Shown one piece after another: positions 24,979 to 35,420 of a DNA stretch of 64,000 nucleotides (position 1 is the stretch's first letter; each line of letters starts with the position of its first letter). A model generated the notes under the pieces. The model was given only the letters and a program-made list of their open reading frames with translations, had not been told where the DNA came from and did no database searches. This stretch comes from an uncultured Gemmatimonadales bacterium (lineage in GTDB: Bacteria; Gemmatimonadota; Gemmatimonadetes; Gemmatimonadales; Gemmatimonadaceae): positions 416,001 through 480,000 of the forward strand of contig CAVPQB010000003.1 of assembly GCA_963707505.1 (NCBI GenBank), given 5' to 3'. The translations under genes were made by a program, and so were the position numbers.

Positions 24979-25575
24979 CGGCCCGCGCTTCTCGCCGATC
25001 CACCAGCGATCGTCGCGCGCGATCTCTTCCATCGCCGCTGGCACCGCCAACGTTGCAGGCCCAACCATGCGCCCGCCTGGCGAGAGAGCGCGCGCGGCAA
25101 GTCTCAACTCGTCGCTGGACCAGCCTGAGTCATCGATCGCAACACCACGGAGCGAGCCGTCGGTAACTGGCAGGCGGTTATGGGAGTACAGCACTCCAAC
25201 GCGTTCCGATTCCCCGATGCGTTCTTGCGGGTTGACGGCATAGGCCCGTAAACCAACCAGTTCCGCAAGCTCGATCGCGTATCGCGCCCAGTCACCCACG
25301 AGCGCAACGGTTGCCCCATCGGCAACTGCGAGGAACGCACCGATTCGCATCGCGCCTTCCTCATCGCGTGGTAATAACGCCGGCCTGTCGGTGTTACCAC
25401 CCTGGTCGCGGAACCACGCTACACCGCCGTTGATCTCATATTCCCGGCGACAGGTCGGGCAGCCGAGCACCCCCTGCACGACGAAGCGCTCGTCACGCTG
25501 AAGTATCGCCGCAACCAGCGGGATCTGCGGATGATCAGCGACGCAGCGCAACCCATCCAGTAGCTCGATGAACAT
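24955..25575 (-). CDS. Trm112-like N-terminal domain fused to a degenerate methyltransferase-like domain
   Basis: MFIELLDGLRC..GVLGCPTCRREYEINGGV; LPVTDGSL..ARALSPGGRMV. Confidence 0.6.
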   Translation of the reverse strand: MFIELLDGLRCVADHPQIPLVAAILQRDERFVVQGVLGCPTCRREYEINGGVAWFRDQGGNTDRPALLPRDEEGAMRIGAFLAVADGATVALVGDWARYAIELAELVGLRAYAVNPQERIGESERVGVLYSHNRLPVTDGSLRGVAIDDSGWSSDELRLAARALSPGGRMVGPATLAVPAAMEEIARDDRWWIGEKRGPLVALHRR

Positions 25576-25607
25576 CCAGCAACCAGCTCGAGCGCGTTAC
25601 GAGTGCA

Positions 25608-26333
25608 TTACGAGCGCGACAGCCGCAGCTCGTCGATGTTGACGGCGGCTGGCTGCGTCACTGCGTACAACACCGCGGAGGCCACGTCACTCGGCGTCGA
25701 GCATCGCACCGCGATCCGGTACGATTCGTTCGGGACCACTGAACGTAATTCCGTCCCACATATCCGTATTGACTGGCCCGGGTGAAACGAGCGTCGCGCG
25801 GACGCCAGAGCCCCTCAACTCCAGACGAAGCACCTCGTGCATTGCGCGCAACGCGTATTTGGCCGGCGCGTACGCACCGTTCTCAGGAAAGATGCCGCGG
25901 TCGGCGATCGAGCCAAGGCTGACGAAGTGGCCGCTCCCACGTTGTTTCATCTTCGCTGCGAAATGCGTGCACGATCAGAAACGGCCCGAACAGATTGGTA
26001 CTGACCACGTCGCTGAACAACCGCATCGGCATCTCTGTAAGTGCCGCGACCCGAAAGACGCCTGCATTGTTGACGACGATGTCTGGGGCGCCTCCCAACT
26101 CGGCTTCCACGCGCTCGGCCATCGCCGCGCACCGATGTCTCATTGGTAATGTCACACGGCGCGGCGAACGCGTCGTGGCCAATCTCGTCCGCAACACGTC
26201 GCAGGGCGTCTTCCGTACGCGCAACGAGCGCGACTCGCGCTCCGTCACTGGCCAGAGCACGCGCGATCGCCTCGCCGATGCCGCGCGATGCACCCGTTAC
26301 GAGCGCCGTTGTTCCGGCGAGATGGCTGTTCAG
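25608..26333 (-). CDS. SDR oxidoreductase (several indels)
   Basis: ALVTGASRGIG, VNNAGV, YAPAK, SPGPVNT, VNIDELRL spread over frames; start approximate. Confidence 0.85.
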
Positions 26334-26981
26334 AGTGATGATCCGTTCTGTATCAGGCGCAGGAACTCGTCGCGGGTCTTTGGATCCTCGCGGAACGACC
26401 CCAGCACGGCCGACGTGACGGTGCGTCGAGTTCTGCTTCTGCACACCGCGCATCATCATGCAGAGGTGTGCAGCCTCGATCACCACTCCGACGCCACGCG
26501 GGCTCGAGCACATCCGTAGATGCGCCTGCGCGATCTCGCTCCGTCAGCCGCTCCTGCACCTGCAGCCGTCGCGCGAAGACGTCCACCACCCGCGGCAAGC
26601 TTGGAGAGACCGACGATTCGTCCGTCCGGTATGTAGGCGATGTGCGCCTTGCCGAAGAAGGGCAGCATGTGGTGCTCGCACATCGAGTACAGCTCGATGT
26701 CGCGCACCAGGATCATGTTCGAGTGCTCCTCGTCGAACATGGCATCGCCGATGACCGTCTCGCGCATCCTGCTGATAGCCGTGCGTAAGGAACGCCATCG
26801 AGCGCGCGACACGCTCCGGGGTCTTGAGAAGCCCTTCGCGCGTCGGGTCCTCGCCAAGCAGAGTCAACTGCTTGCGAACGATGTTCTCGTATTCAGACAG
26901 CGCAGCTATGGATGTACCCGGCGGTAGAACGTCATCCGCGTCCGGCTCGAATGCCGTGTTGATCGCTATGTCAGTGGCCAT
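26330..26981 (-). CDS. folE: GTP cyclohydrolase I (several indels)
   Basis: [62 protein letters not shown]. Confidence 0.95.
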
Positions 26982-27384
26982 CGTATTCCACGTAGTTGTT
27001 CTCCGTCTCCCACAGCACCAGCCGAACCAGGCGGCCCGGCTTGATCGTTCCTTCGAGAATGCGCCAGATTTGAATGATCATGTTCTCGGCGGTCGGGATC
27101 ACGTCGCGCATGAACGGAACGTCGATGTTCAGGTTGTGATGATCCACGAGATCGACCACCTCACGAGTGACAAGATCCTTGAGCCGGCTCAGATCGAACA
27201 CGTATCCGGTGTTCGGGTCCACCTCACCCGCTACCGAGACGTCCAGCGTGTAGTTGTGGCCATGGCCGTGCGGATTGTTGCACTTGCCGAAGGTCCGACG
27301 GTTCTCCTCATCGGATAACGCCGGATTGTGGACGCGGTGCGCCGCGTTGAACTTGAGTCGCCGGGTGACTGTGACCGTTGGCAT
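26971..27384 (-). CDS. 6-pyruvoyl-tetrahydropterin synthase (PTPS/QueD family, CX5HGH motif)
   Basis: [41 protein letters not shown]. Confidence 0.93.
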   Translation of the reverse strand: MPTVTVTRRLKFNAAHRVHNPALSDEENRRTFGKCNNPHGHGHNYTLDVSVAGEVDPNTGYVFDLSRLKDLVTREVVDLVDHHNLNIDVPFMRDVIPTAENMIIQIWRILEGTIKPGRLVRLVLWETENNYVEYDGH

Positions 27385-27399
27385 GCGCCCTCCGGACGC

Positions 27400-27435
27400 A
27401 AAAACCTCCGTCGTGGCTCGAGCCACGACGGAGGT
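27400..27435 (-). terminator. Intrinsic terminator at the 3' end of the 6S-like RNA
   Basis: Perfect palindrome ACCTCCGTCGTGGCTCGAGCCACGACGGAGGT followed by a T run on the minus strand. Confidence 0.8.
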
Positions 27436-27590
27436 CGGAGCGGAGAGGATTTTTGAAGCCCTGTCGAAACAATGAGGCTCTCACCCACGCTTTCCGCCTT
27501 CCCCGCACTGGGGCATGACGTCGGCACAGTTTGTTGATCCCACGTGAAGGACTTATCGGCTCAAAAACTGAGCTCTCCGCCCCGATGAAA
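27435..27590 (-). ncRNA. ssrS: 6S RNA (compact)
   Basis: 13-bp closing stem (27573-27585 with 27435-27447); UUUUUGAGCC pairs with GGCUUCAAAAA; UGAGCCGAUA and GGGCUUCAA resemble the E. coli 6S segments as I recall them; TATAAG upstream; terminator downstream. Confidence 0.75.
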
Positions 27591-27655
27591 ACCGCGTAAC
27601 TTATACGGAAGAAAGCTATTGGTGGTTCCACATCCGGTCAACGGACTTTAGGGGC

Positions 27656-27832
27656 ATGGATCTAGGCATTGTCATTGCGGTAGTAATGCTCGTTATATGG
27701 GGCGTGTGGACCTTCGCGCTCAATGCACCGGGCTGGGCGCACATTCTGCTCACCGTGGGAGTATTTCTGCTCTTCTATCGCATCGTCGTCCGCGGCACAC
27801 CTGGATATCCCACGACGGGCCGCAAAGAGTAA
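27656..27832 (+). CDS. 58-aa two-helix membrane protein
   Basis: Hand translation MDLGIVIAVVMLVIWGVWTFALNAPGWAHILLTVGVFLLFYRIVVRG..; stop 3 nt before next gene; not in ORF track. Confidence 0.75.
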   Translation: MDLGIVIAVVMLVIWGVWTFALNAPGWAHILLTVGVFLLFYRIVVRGTPGYPTTGRKE

Positions 27833-27835
27833 ACG

Positions 27836-28858
27836 ATGTTTGATCCAGCCGCGTCGGTCGGCGGACGCGGTGCGATCGCGGAAGAGCCACTCGTGCTGGC
27901 AATAGACCCGCCTGGACACGGACGGCGCGTCGTTGTCACCGGGGCTGCTGGCTTCGTTGGCTGTCACACCTGCCGTATTCTCGCGGGAAAGGGCTGGCAG
28001 GTCCGCGCACTCGTTCGAAGTGCCACCAAAGCGGCCGAGCGACTTGCCCATCTTCCAGTGGAAATCCGAATCGGCGACATTCGGGATCCTGCTTACCTCG
28101 CGTCGTCCATGGATGGCGCCACAGCGGTTGTCCATCTCGCCGCCATCGCTATCGAGCACGACGGCGATACCTACGAGTCGGCCAACACGAACGCGACGCG
28201 CGCTGTGATCGAATCCGCCTCCAATGCCAGGGTGCGCCGGATTCTGCACATGTCGCAAAACGGGTCCGATAGCAAGTCGCCTTACCGATTCCTCAGAAGC
28301 AAGGGTATTGCTCAGGACATCGTCACGTCGAGCGATCTCGACTGGACGGTACTCCGCCCGTCCATCATCTTCGGACGTGAGGACGAGTTCGTAAACATGC
28401 TTGCGCGTCTCGTGCGCCTCACTCCATTCGTATTGCCACTTCCGGACAATGGTCGTGCACGCTTTCAGCCGATCGCGGTCGATGATGTCGCCCAGGTCAT
28501 CGCGCACGCACTCAGCGACGAGTCCACACATCGGCAGATCTTTCCACTCGGTGGCTCCGCCGAGCTGACGCTTCGTCAGCTAGCTGAGCGCATTCTGGTT
28601 GCCATGAATGCGAATCGCGCCGTCATTGGGGTGCCGACCGCGATCATTCGACCGCTCGTCGCTGCGCTCTGGCATCTCGTTCCCAAGCCACCTGTAACGC
28701 CCGAGCTGCTCGACATCCTTGCGTTGAACAACACCGTCCCCGACAACGCACTCGTGTCGGTGTTCGGAATCAGCCCGACGCCGTTCGCGCCGGAAGAGTT
28801 GTTGTACCTGCGCAACATCACGTTTGGCGACGCGCTGAGGTCGTTGTTCAGGGATTAA
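27836..28858 (+). CDS. NAD(P)-binding epimerase/NDUFA9-like protein
   Basis: VTGAAGFVG, VHLAAI, LRPSIIFGRED, FQPIAVDDVA. Confidence 0.88.
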   Translation: MFDPAASVGGRGAIAEEPLVLAIDPPGHGRRVVVTGAAGFVGCHTCRILAGKGWQVRALVRSATKAAERLAHLPVEIRIGDIRDPAYLASSMDGATAVVHLAAIAIEHDGDTYESANTNATRAVIESASNARVRRILHMSQNGSDSKSPYRFLRSKGIAQDIVTSSDLDWTVLRPSIIFGREDEFVNMLARLVRLTPFVLPLPDNGRARFQPIAVDDVAQVIAHALSDESTHRQIFPLGGSAELTLRQLAERILVAMNANRAVIGVPTAIIRPLVAALWHLVPKPPVTPELLDILALNNTVPDNALVSVFGISPTPFAPEELLYLRNITFGDALRSLFRD

Positions 28859-29965
28859 TTCTTCAACGTTCTCAGCCCGTCCGCGACCGCCCCGAGACAA
28901 GCCTCCAGACCTGCAATCGTATGGTCTCCCATATGTCCCACCCTAAAGGTCGTCGACCGTAAAACTCCGTAACCGGTACCGATCGTATACCCACGCTCCG
29001 CAACCTTCCGCACCAGATCGGTCGACACCATTCCCGGCGGTAACGATACCGCAGTTACGGTCGGCGAACGGGCTCCCTCCTTCGCGAATATCGATATGTC
29101 GATATCGAGCGAATCGCGCGTACTGCCCACCCATTGCTCCATGGTCGCGCGCATCGCTTCATGCCTGCCCCACCGCGCTTCCATCCCTTCGACAGCAATC
29201 GCCTTCACCTGCCGATCGAGCGCAAAGATGAGCGACACCGCCGGCGTCGCTGGCGTCTCATGGTTGCGGGCGTGTGCATCGAAGTCGAGCAGATCGAAGT
29301 ACACACCGCGACCCTCCACTCCCGCGATCGCCCGCAGATAAGCTCTCCGACACCACTGCAAACGCCAGCCCCGTCGGTAGCGCGAGCGCCTTCTGCGATG
29401 CGCTCACCACACAGTCCACGTCCCATGCATCGAATTCCAGCCGCGCGCCGCCAATTCCGCTGACGCTATCGACGATCGTCAGTACACCTGACTCGCGCGC
29501 GACGTGTGCGATTGCGCGAACGTCTGCGAGCGCGCCGGTGGAACTCTCGTTGTGAATCATCGTCAGCGCTGAGTATGATCCAGCGTTGAGCCGCTTGCCG
29601 ACTTCCTCCGGGTCCGGGACGTCTCCAAGCGCAAAATCGATCTGATCAACCTCGCGACCACAGGCATGCGCGAGCTTCACGAAGCGCTCACCGAACGCCC
29701 CGTTCACGAGCGCAAGTATTCTACCACGCGGCGCACAACGGATTGCTGCCTCCATTCCGCCTGTGCCGGAGGACGTCAGCACGTACACCGGACGTTGCGT
29801 CTGAAATACCTCGCGCATCCCGGCCTGCACGCGCGAGAACATCTCGTGAAATTCTGCGCCGCGGTGAGGGATCGGCTGCCGCAGCATGGCCTTCAATACA
29901 TCTTCTCTGACCTCCGTGGGACCGGGGAAGAAAAAGGTGCCGGGCCGCGCCTCGGGTTGCTGCAC
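28855..29965 (-). CDS. Class V PLP aminotransferase, alanine-glyoxylate/serine-pyruvate type (indel near 29340)
   Basis: FPGPT, HNESSTG, VDSVS, SASQKALALPTG; next frame TPATP..FRVGHMG. Confidence 0.92.
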
Positions 29966-30943
29966 TCAGATCTCCCAGTTCGACAGAATGACACCGGCAT
30001 GCGCCGGCTCCGGACGATCGGCGAGTGTCATGCGAAGGTCAGTCCATCGAACGCGTGCTCCCCGACGAATGAGCTGCTCATACAACCTGGCATAGGCACC
30101 CTGCATCCTGATGGCGACACGACGCGTCCCGGATCTACGCGCATAATCGGCGAGCTGCGTCGCGAGCACGTCGACATCGCTTTCGGCGCGACACGCCAGC
30201 TTCAACACGCGCAGCTCGTCCCTTCCCCGGCCTTCCACCAGCGGCGCAGTGTGACACAACGCAAAACCATCGACCGTGCCGCCGCGCTCCAGGACGAGCG
30301 TATCTCCCAGGCCGAGCGTGTGAGTAAGGTTGATCTCGCGCGTGAAATCGTATCCCGGCGATATGTCGTGCGCGAGCTCTGCGCATCTCGTGACAAGGTC
30401 GGTACGCTCGCTCTCCGACAGGCGCCCCAGCTGCACGATTCTGTTGTCCGCGTAATCCGCGTCCAGTGTGATGGTGATCGTGAGATGGGACGGAACGTAG
30501 CCTAGTGACGAGTAGAAACCGATGTTATCGACAGTCCGCGGCATGGTTTCGAGACCGATGATTTTCGCGCCGTGATCGGCGAGCCACTTTGTCCCCTCGG
30601 TGACTACGGTCTTGCCGATGCCGTGACCCTGGAGAGACGGAGTCACGGCGAGCGGACCCATCCAGCCCTCCGTGCCCGATAGATGACACATGTTGAACGC
30701 GACTACTTCATCGCGCTCTCCGCGCCATAACATCGCGCCGCCGTCAGCGTCCTCGATCGCAAAGCGCCAGATCACCGAGCTGAGATTCGGTACGTGAACG
30801 CCGACCAGTCCGTCCTTGCGGTATCGGTCGGTGAACGCGCTGCTGAAAACGGAGTTCAGACTTGCGACGTCCCTCACGGTCGCGGGATACGGTCCCGACA
30901 CGCTCGGCGAGCGTTTGAAGTTCTTCGCGAATCCAGCCGTCAC
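29966..30943 (-). CDS. Tandem GNAT N-acetyltransferase
   Basis: GWMGPLAVTPSLQGHGIGK..NIGFYSSLGY. Confidence 0.82.
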   Translation of the reverse strand: MTAGFAKNFKRSPSVSGPYPATVRDVASLNSVFSSAFTDRYRKDGLVGVHVPNLSSVIWRFAIEDADGGAMLWRGERDEVVAFNMCHLSGTEGWMGPLAVTPSLQGHGIGKTVVTEGTKWLADHGAKIIGLETMPRTVDNIGFYSSLGYVPSHLTITITLDADYADNRIVQLGRLSESERTDLVTRCAELAHDISPGYDFTREINLTHTLGLGDTLVLERGGTVDGFALCHTAPLVEGRGRDELRVLKLACRAESDVDVLATQLADYARRSGTRRVAIRMQGAYARLYEQLIRRGARVRWTDLRMTLADRPEPAHAGVILSNWEI

Positions 30944-33420
30944 TCAGGCTCCTTGCAGCGGGAATACCGTATCGACCTCCACATCGTCGCGCTCCGTCAG
31001 CCGAAGCGACGGAATTCCCTCGTCCGACCCATCGACCACCGACGCACCAGTCTCCTCATCATAGCGCACGACGATGACCCTATCGACCCCCTCGCGCACG
31101 CTCTCGATATGCGTTATGAGAATCACCTGCTCGAACCTGTCCTCCAGTCTGTGCAGCAGCTCCAACACATTGTCGCGTCTGGAGGAGTCCAGTGATCCGA
31201 AAACCTCGTCCAGAACCAGTAGCGAGAACGGTTGGCCGGACCGATCGGCGATCATCTGCGAGATCGCCAGCCGAAGCACCAGATTGGCAAGGTCTTCCTC
31301 ACCGCCAGATATCACGGGCTTTGCAATCCCGTCCTCGAGCACGACGATGTCGTAGCGCTCGTCCAGCTCGAGCCTGTTGTAGCGCTCGTCGGTAAGAGAG
31401 CCGAGAAATGAGCTCGCAATCTCCGAGAGTTCCGGACGCAGGGCGTCGTTCAGATCGCCGCGAAGGTCGCGAAATGCGTTGTCCAGCTCGTCGTGCATCA
31501 GCCGCTGGCCGTTCAGTACACGCAGCCGTTCCGCCACTCGCTCGTAATCGCGCTTCGCGGCCTCCGCCGTGTCCAGGCGTTGCTGTGCAGCACGTACGTC
31601 ACCCTGGGCGCCTACGACGATCAGCTCGCTGGATCGGGTAGCTTCAGCCGCGCGCTCGAAGTCAGTGCGGACAGCATCGTGTGCTGCCTGCGAAAACTCG
31701 CGCGTCGCCCCGGCCTTGCGCAGTGTATCGCGTTTCCCAATCGCCCTCGCCAGCTCCGCGTCGATCCGCGCTCGCTCGACCTGCGCGGCCGGTGCGCGCT
31801 CGACCGCCGCCTCGAGGCGCGCGGCGCGAAGGTCCATGGGTGCAAGACGCTCGATTTCCCTGCGCACGTACGCATGACGCTCGGCGTCGTACACGGCGCT
31901 GATCGAGTTGATCTCGGCAAGCATCTCCGTGCGACGTTGGTCCTTTGCCGTAATCTCGCGTTCGAGAGCTGGCAATTCGTGCACGGCAGCCTGAACCTTG
32001 GCAAGCTTCCGCTCGAGAGTGGTGAGCGCCGTCGCGAGCCCGCGTCGCTTCTCTTCCAGGGTCGATACGCCAACCGGAATTGCGGCAAGTTGATCTTCGC
32101 GGTCGCGATAGTACTGGCCGTCCACGCGGAGCGTCTCCAGCTGTTCGCCCAGGTGCGTCACGACAGACCGGAAGTTGGCCCCGAGTACACGGTTGCATGT
32201 TGGACAGATGCCCTCTGCACCCAGCTCGACGATACTGTCGTGTTGCTCCTTGACGTCGGCGTACTGGCGGCGCAGCTCCTGCAGCTTCGTCTCCGCTTCC
32301 TGTTTGTCGCGTACCCATTCCGTGCGCAGCGTTTCGAGTGTCTCGGACGTCTCCTCGAACTGAGCACGGGCTTGCTCCAGCTCGAGCGTCACAGCCTCTT
32401 CCAGAGCCGGTGCCGTTTCGAGTCTTCCCAGCCGCTCGCGCAGGCGAGTCAGCTCATCAGCGAGTGCACGCTCGTTTTCCATGAGTGCGAGCCGCCTGCC
32501 TTGCTGCCGGAAAAGATCGTCCAGACCGAGCAGCTCTTGACGCAGAGCAGAGAGCGGCGCAATTGCCGTGCGTAGCGTCGCCAACTCCTCGTGCACGGTC
32601 GCGATCGCGATCAGTTCCGAAGCGAGGCGCTCTCCATCTCTCGTGAGATCCGGCAACCTCGCGCTCGACAATCGTTATCTCGGCGAGCAGTCGTTGCCAC
32701 TGCTCGCGCTCGCGCTGCGCCTGTTCCCACAAAGGCGTCACACGTCGCAGCTCTCGCGAGCGCAATCGAGTGACGCGTCCCGGCTTCGTTCGAGCGCGCG
32801 ATCGCATCCTGCAGACTTGCGGCTGCCACCGACAACGCGCCGGTGATAGCCTCGGGTTCGGGCATCGCCGAGCGGAGTCCCGCGATCTCGGCGCCGATGC
32901 GCCTGCGTGACTCGCGAGCGATTTCCTGCGCGGCGCGCAATCGCTCGTAGCCCAGAACTCGCGACAGGAACTGTGCACGCTCGGTGGTGCCCATCGCCGC
33001 CATTACGGCGAGATCCTTCTGACCGGTGAAGTACGTATTGAAGAATTCGCCGCGCGACATACCCAGGCGTCGCGCGACCAGCTCGTTCACACCGCTGATG
33101 GAATTGGCGACAGCAGATTCGGCTCCGTCCAGATACAGCGATGCAGTCGTGAGCCCGCGCTTCACTCTGTAACGATGTCCACCAAGCTCGAAATCGAGCT
33201 CGACCTCGACGGGCGCACGTGGACCCGCGCCAAGGAACCGGACTCCGTCCCGTTGACCACGGATCGCCGGTTGGCCGTACAGTGCCCACGCGATTGCTTC
33301 GAGCACCGTCGTCTTGCCTGAGCCGTTTGGTCCAATGATCGCCGTTATGCCGCGATCGAACGTCATCTCGGTCCGCACGTGCTGCCGGAAGTTCTGCATG
33401 CGCAGACTGTTGATCTTCAC
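30944..33420 (-). CDS. sbcC: Rad50/SbcC SMC-like ATPase (indels about 32650-32750)
   Basis: NFR, GPNGSGKTT, FTGQ, coiled coil with CPTC hook, SGGE, LVLDEVFGSLD, LITH. Confidence 0.92.
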
Positions 33421-34620
33421 AGCGAGTCGCTCTCAGGGATGGCGGTCGCCGCAGCATCAGCCTTGTTCAGATACTCCATGCCGAGTGACACGAATGCAGC
33501 ACGATCGATCTCCGCGGAAATCGGTCGTGATTCAAGCTTGTCGCGCAATATCTCCGGCAATGATGGGCGTCTTCCCGGCGCTCCGCTCGCACTGCGAAGC
33601 ACGAGCTCCGGCCGCCGCACGTCGAGATTGAAGTGCAATGCACGCCGCTTCATGTCGCGCACAGCCTTCGGGTCCATCTGACGCGCGATGTGGCGCGGCA
33701 CGTTGGTGATTACGAGCCGTGCGACGTTGTCATCTATGGGCACGCGCGAATTATCTACTCGTTCGCCAATTGCCTCGTCGAGTTCCCGCGCCGGTCATTG
33801 ACGTGCCATCGAGTCGCGGAAGATCCACCAGCGGCCGGGCGACAGTGAGGGGATGAAAGGTGTGGGTTGCTGTATCGAGATTCCATTCGATGATCCCCTT
33901 TCCACCGCGCACCGGATCGTGCAATCCGGCGGCCCGCTCCTCGTGGATCTCACCCCAGGGATTGGCGCTGGTGTAATCGATCGAACCAGCGTAATACGCG
34001 TTCGGCGCCACCTCGCGGTGAACGTGATAGTGACCGAGGGCCACGTAGTCCCAGCGTGTTGGCTCGATCTGCTCCTTGCTGATCTCGACGCTGGACCGCT
34101 CCATACGCCGCGCGTAATCCGGCAGTACGCCCTCCACCTCGCCGTGCAACAGCAGAATATTCCGCCGCGCCGCCGGATCGGGTGTAAGCGCCGGAACGCC
34201 GCTCGGCATGTCCGGTACCGCCAGAATCGAGACGCCCTGTTCCGGAAATTCCAGTCGCTGTGCATCACCTTCAACGACGGTGATTCCCAGCGGCGTGAAG
34301 AGGCGAAGAATGCAACCGGTTTCCGCAGTGCGCGGGGTGTCGTGATTTCCAGCGACCATCACTACCTTCGCATCCGGCAACGACGAGACAAGACGCGCGA
34401 ATTGCAGGAATGCGTGGAGGATCGCAGGATTGGACGGACGCACCGAGTGAAACACGTCACCCGCGATGAGAACGAAGTCGGGACGCAACTCGATAGTCCG
34501 GTCGATCGCCCGCTTGAACGTGCCGGCGATGTCGGCTTCACGCTGATTGATCCCGGCGGGAGTCAATCGCTGATACTGCCGATACCCGATGTGAAGATCG
34601 GCGAGATGGACCAGCCGCAT
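33417..34620 (-). CDS. sbcD: Mre11/SbcD nuclease (indels about 33745-33790)
   Basis: HLADLHIG, AGDVFH, AGNHD, LHG, ALGHYH; C-terminal part in 33417..33743. Confidence 0.92.
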
Positions 34621-34625
34621 TGCGC

Positions 34626-35417
34626 TCAGTTCCCCACCAATTCCATGAGCGACTGGATGATGCGCATGCGCGCATGGATCGGCGGCCGTCCCAACGGATG
34701 CACGTCCGACACCACGCTCACGACCATCTGCGAATCGGTAATCCAGCCCAGGCGGCGGTCCACCTGCATCGTGCCCTCGATTGTGCCGAAGGTTTTACCC
34801 ACGGTTCCGGCTCCGTCCTGAGCATGATCGTGCGTGACGGCCCCGTGGAAAGATACGTAGGCTACCGCGCCGCGCCCGGCCAGTGAGTCCAGACGGAATG
34901 TGGTACGGACGTCCGCGGTGCTCGGCCCGCTGGTGCTGAGCGGCACCCGCATGTCGCGTACCCACGTGTGGCCGACCGCAACCGGGTGCGGAGGAAGCAT
35001 CGACGGCATCTGTGTTCCAACCCCGAAAACGTCGCCGGTCCCGCTGCCGACATTCATTCCGCCACTCTCATCCACGCGCAGGCGAACGGTCCGGCCTTCC
35101 AGCGCACGCTGAGCCTCGCGAAGCGGCCTCAGTGCAACGTTCGACGGAAAGACCCGCACGGAGTCGGTCACTGAAAGAAGATCGGTGTATCCGTGCGCCC
35201 GCTGCAGCACTATGGCCCGCGTCCATACCCGCATCTCTCCCGACATGGTTTCGGGCGGATCGCCCGACTCCATCTCGAATCGCTGCTCCAGCTGCATGCG
35301 CAACGTGTCTCCCGCGGGCGGAGCGATCTTCAGTGTAACGGTCTGAGCCAGCAACGGCGCGGCTGTCAGTCCGCACACCAGGAAAAGTGGTATCAATCCA
35401 CCCACTCTGCGGATCAC
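34626..35417 (-). CDS. Exported protein of unknown function (DUF6263-like beta fold)
   Basis: Signal peptide ending LLA-Q; LPPHPVAVGHTW; GTMQVDRRLGWI. Confidence 0.65.
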   Translation of the reverse strand: MIRRVGGLIPLFLVCGLTAAPLLAQTVTLKIAPPAGDTLRMQLEQRFEMESGDPPETMSGEMRVWTRAIVLQRAHGYTDLLSVTDSVRVFPSNVALRPLREAQRALEGRTVRLRVDESGGMNVGSGTGDVFGVGTQMPSMLPPHPVAVGHTWVRDMRVPLSTSGPSTADVRTTFRLDSLAGRGAVAYVSFHGAVTHDHAQDGAGTVGKTFGTIEGTMQVDRRLGWITDSQMVVSVVSDVHPLGRPPIHARMRIIQSLMELVGN

Positions 35418-35420
35418 CTG

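Noticed and set aside
27435..27590. SRP RNA, tmRNA, RNase P, tRNA or a known riboswitch as the identity of the structured RNA
   Set aside because: Their signature sequences are not visible; the rod shape and 6S-like segments fit better.
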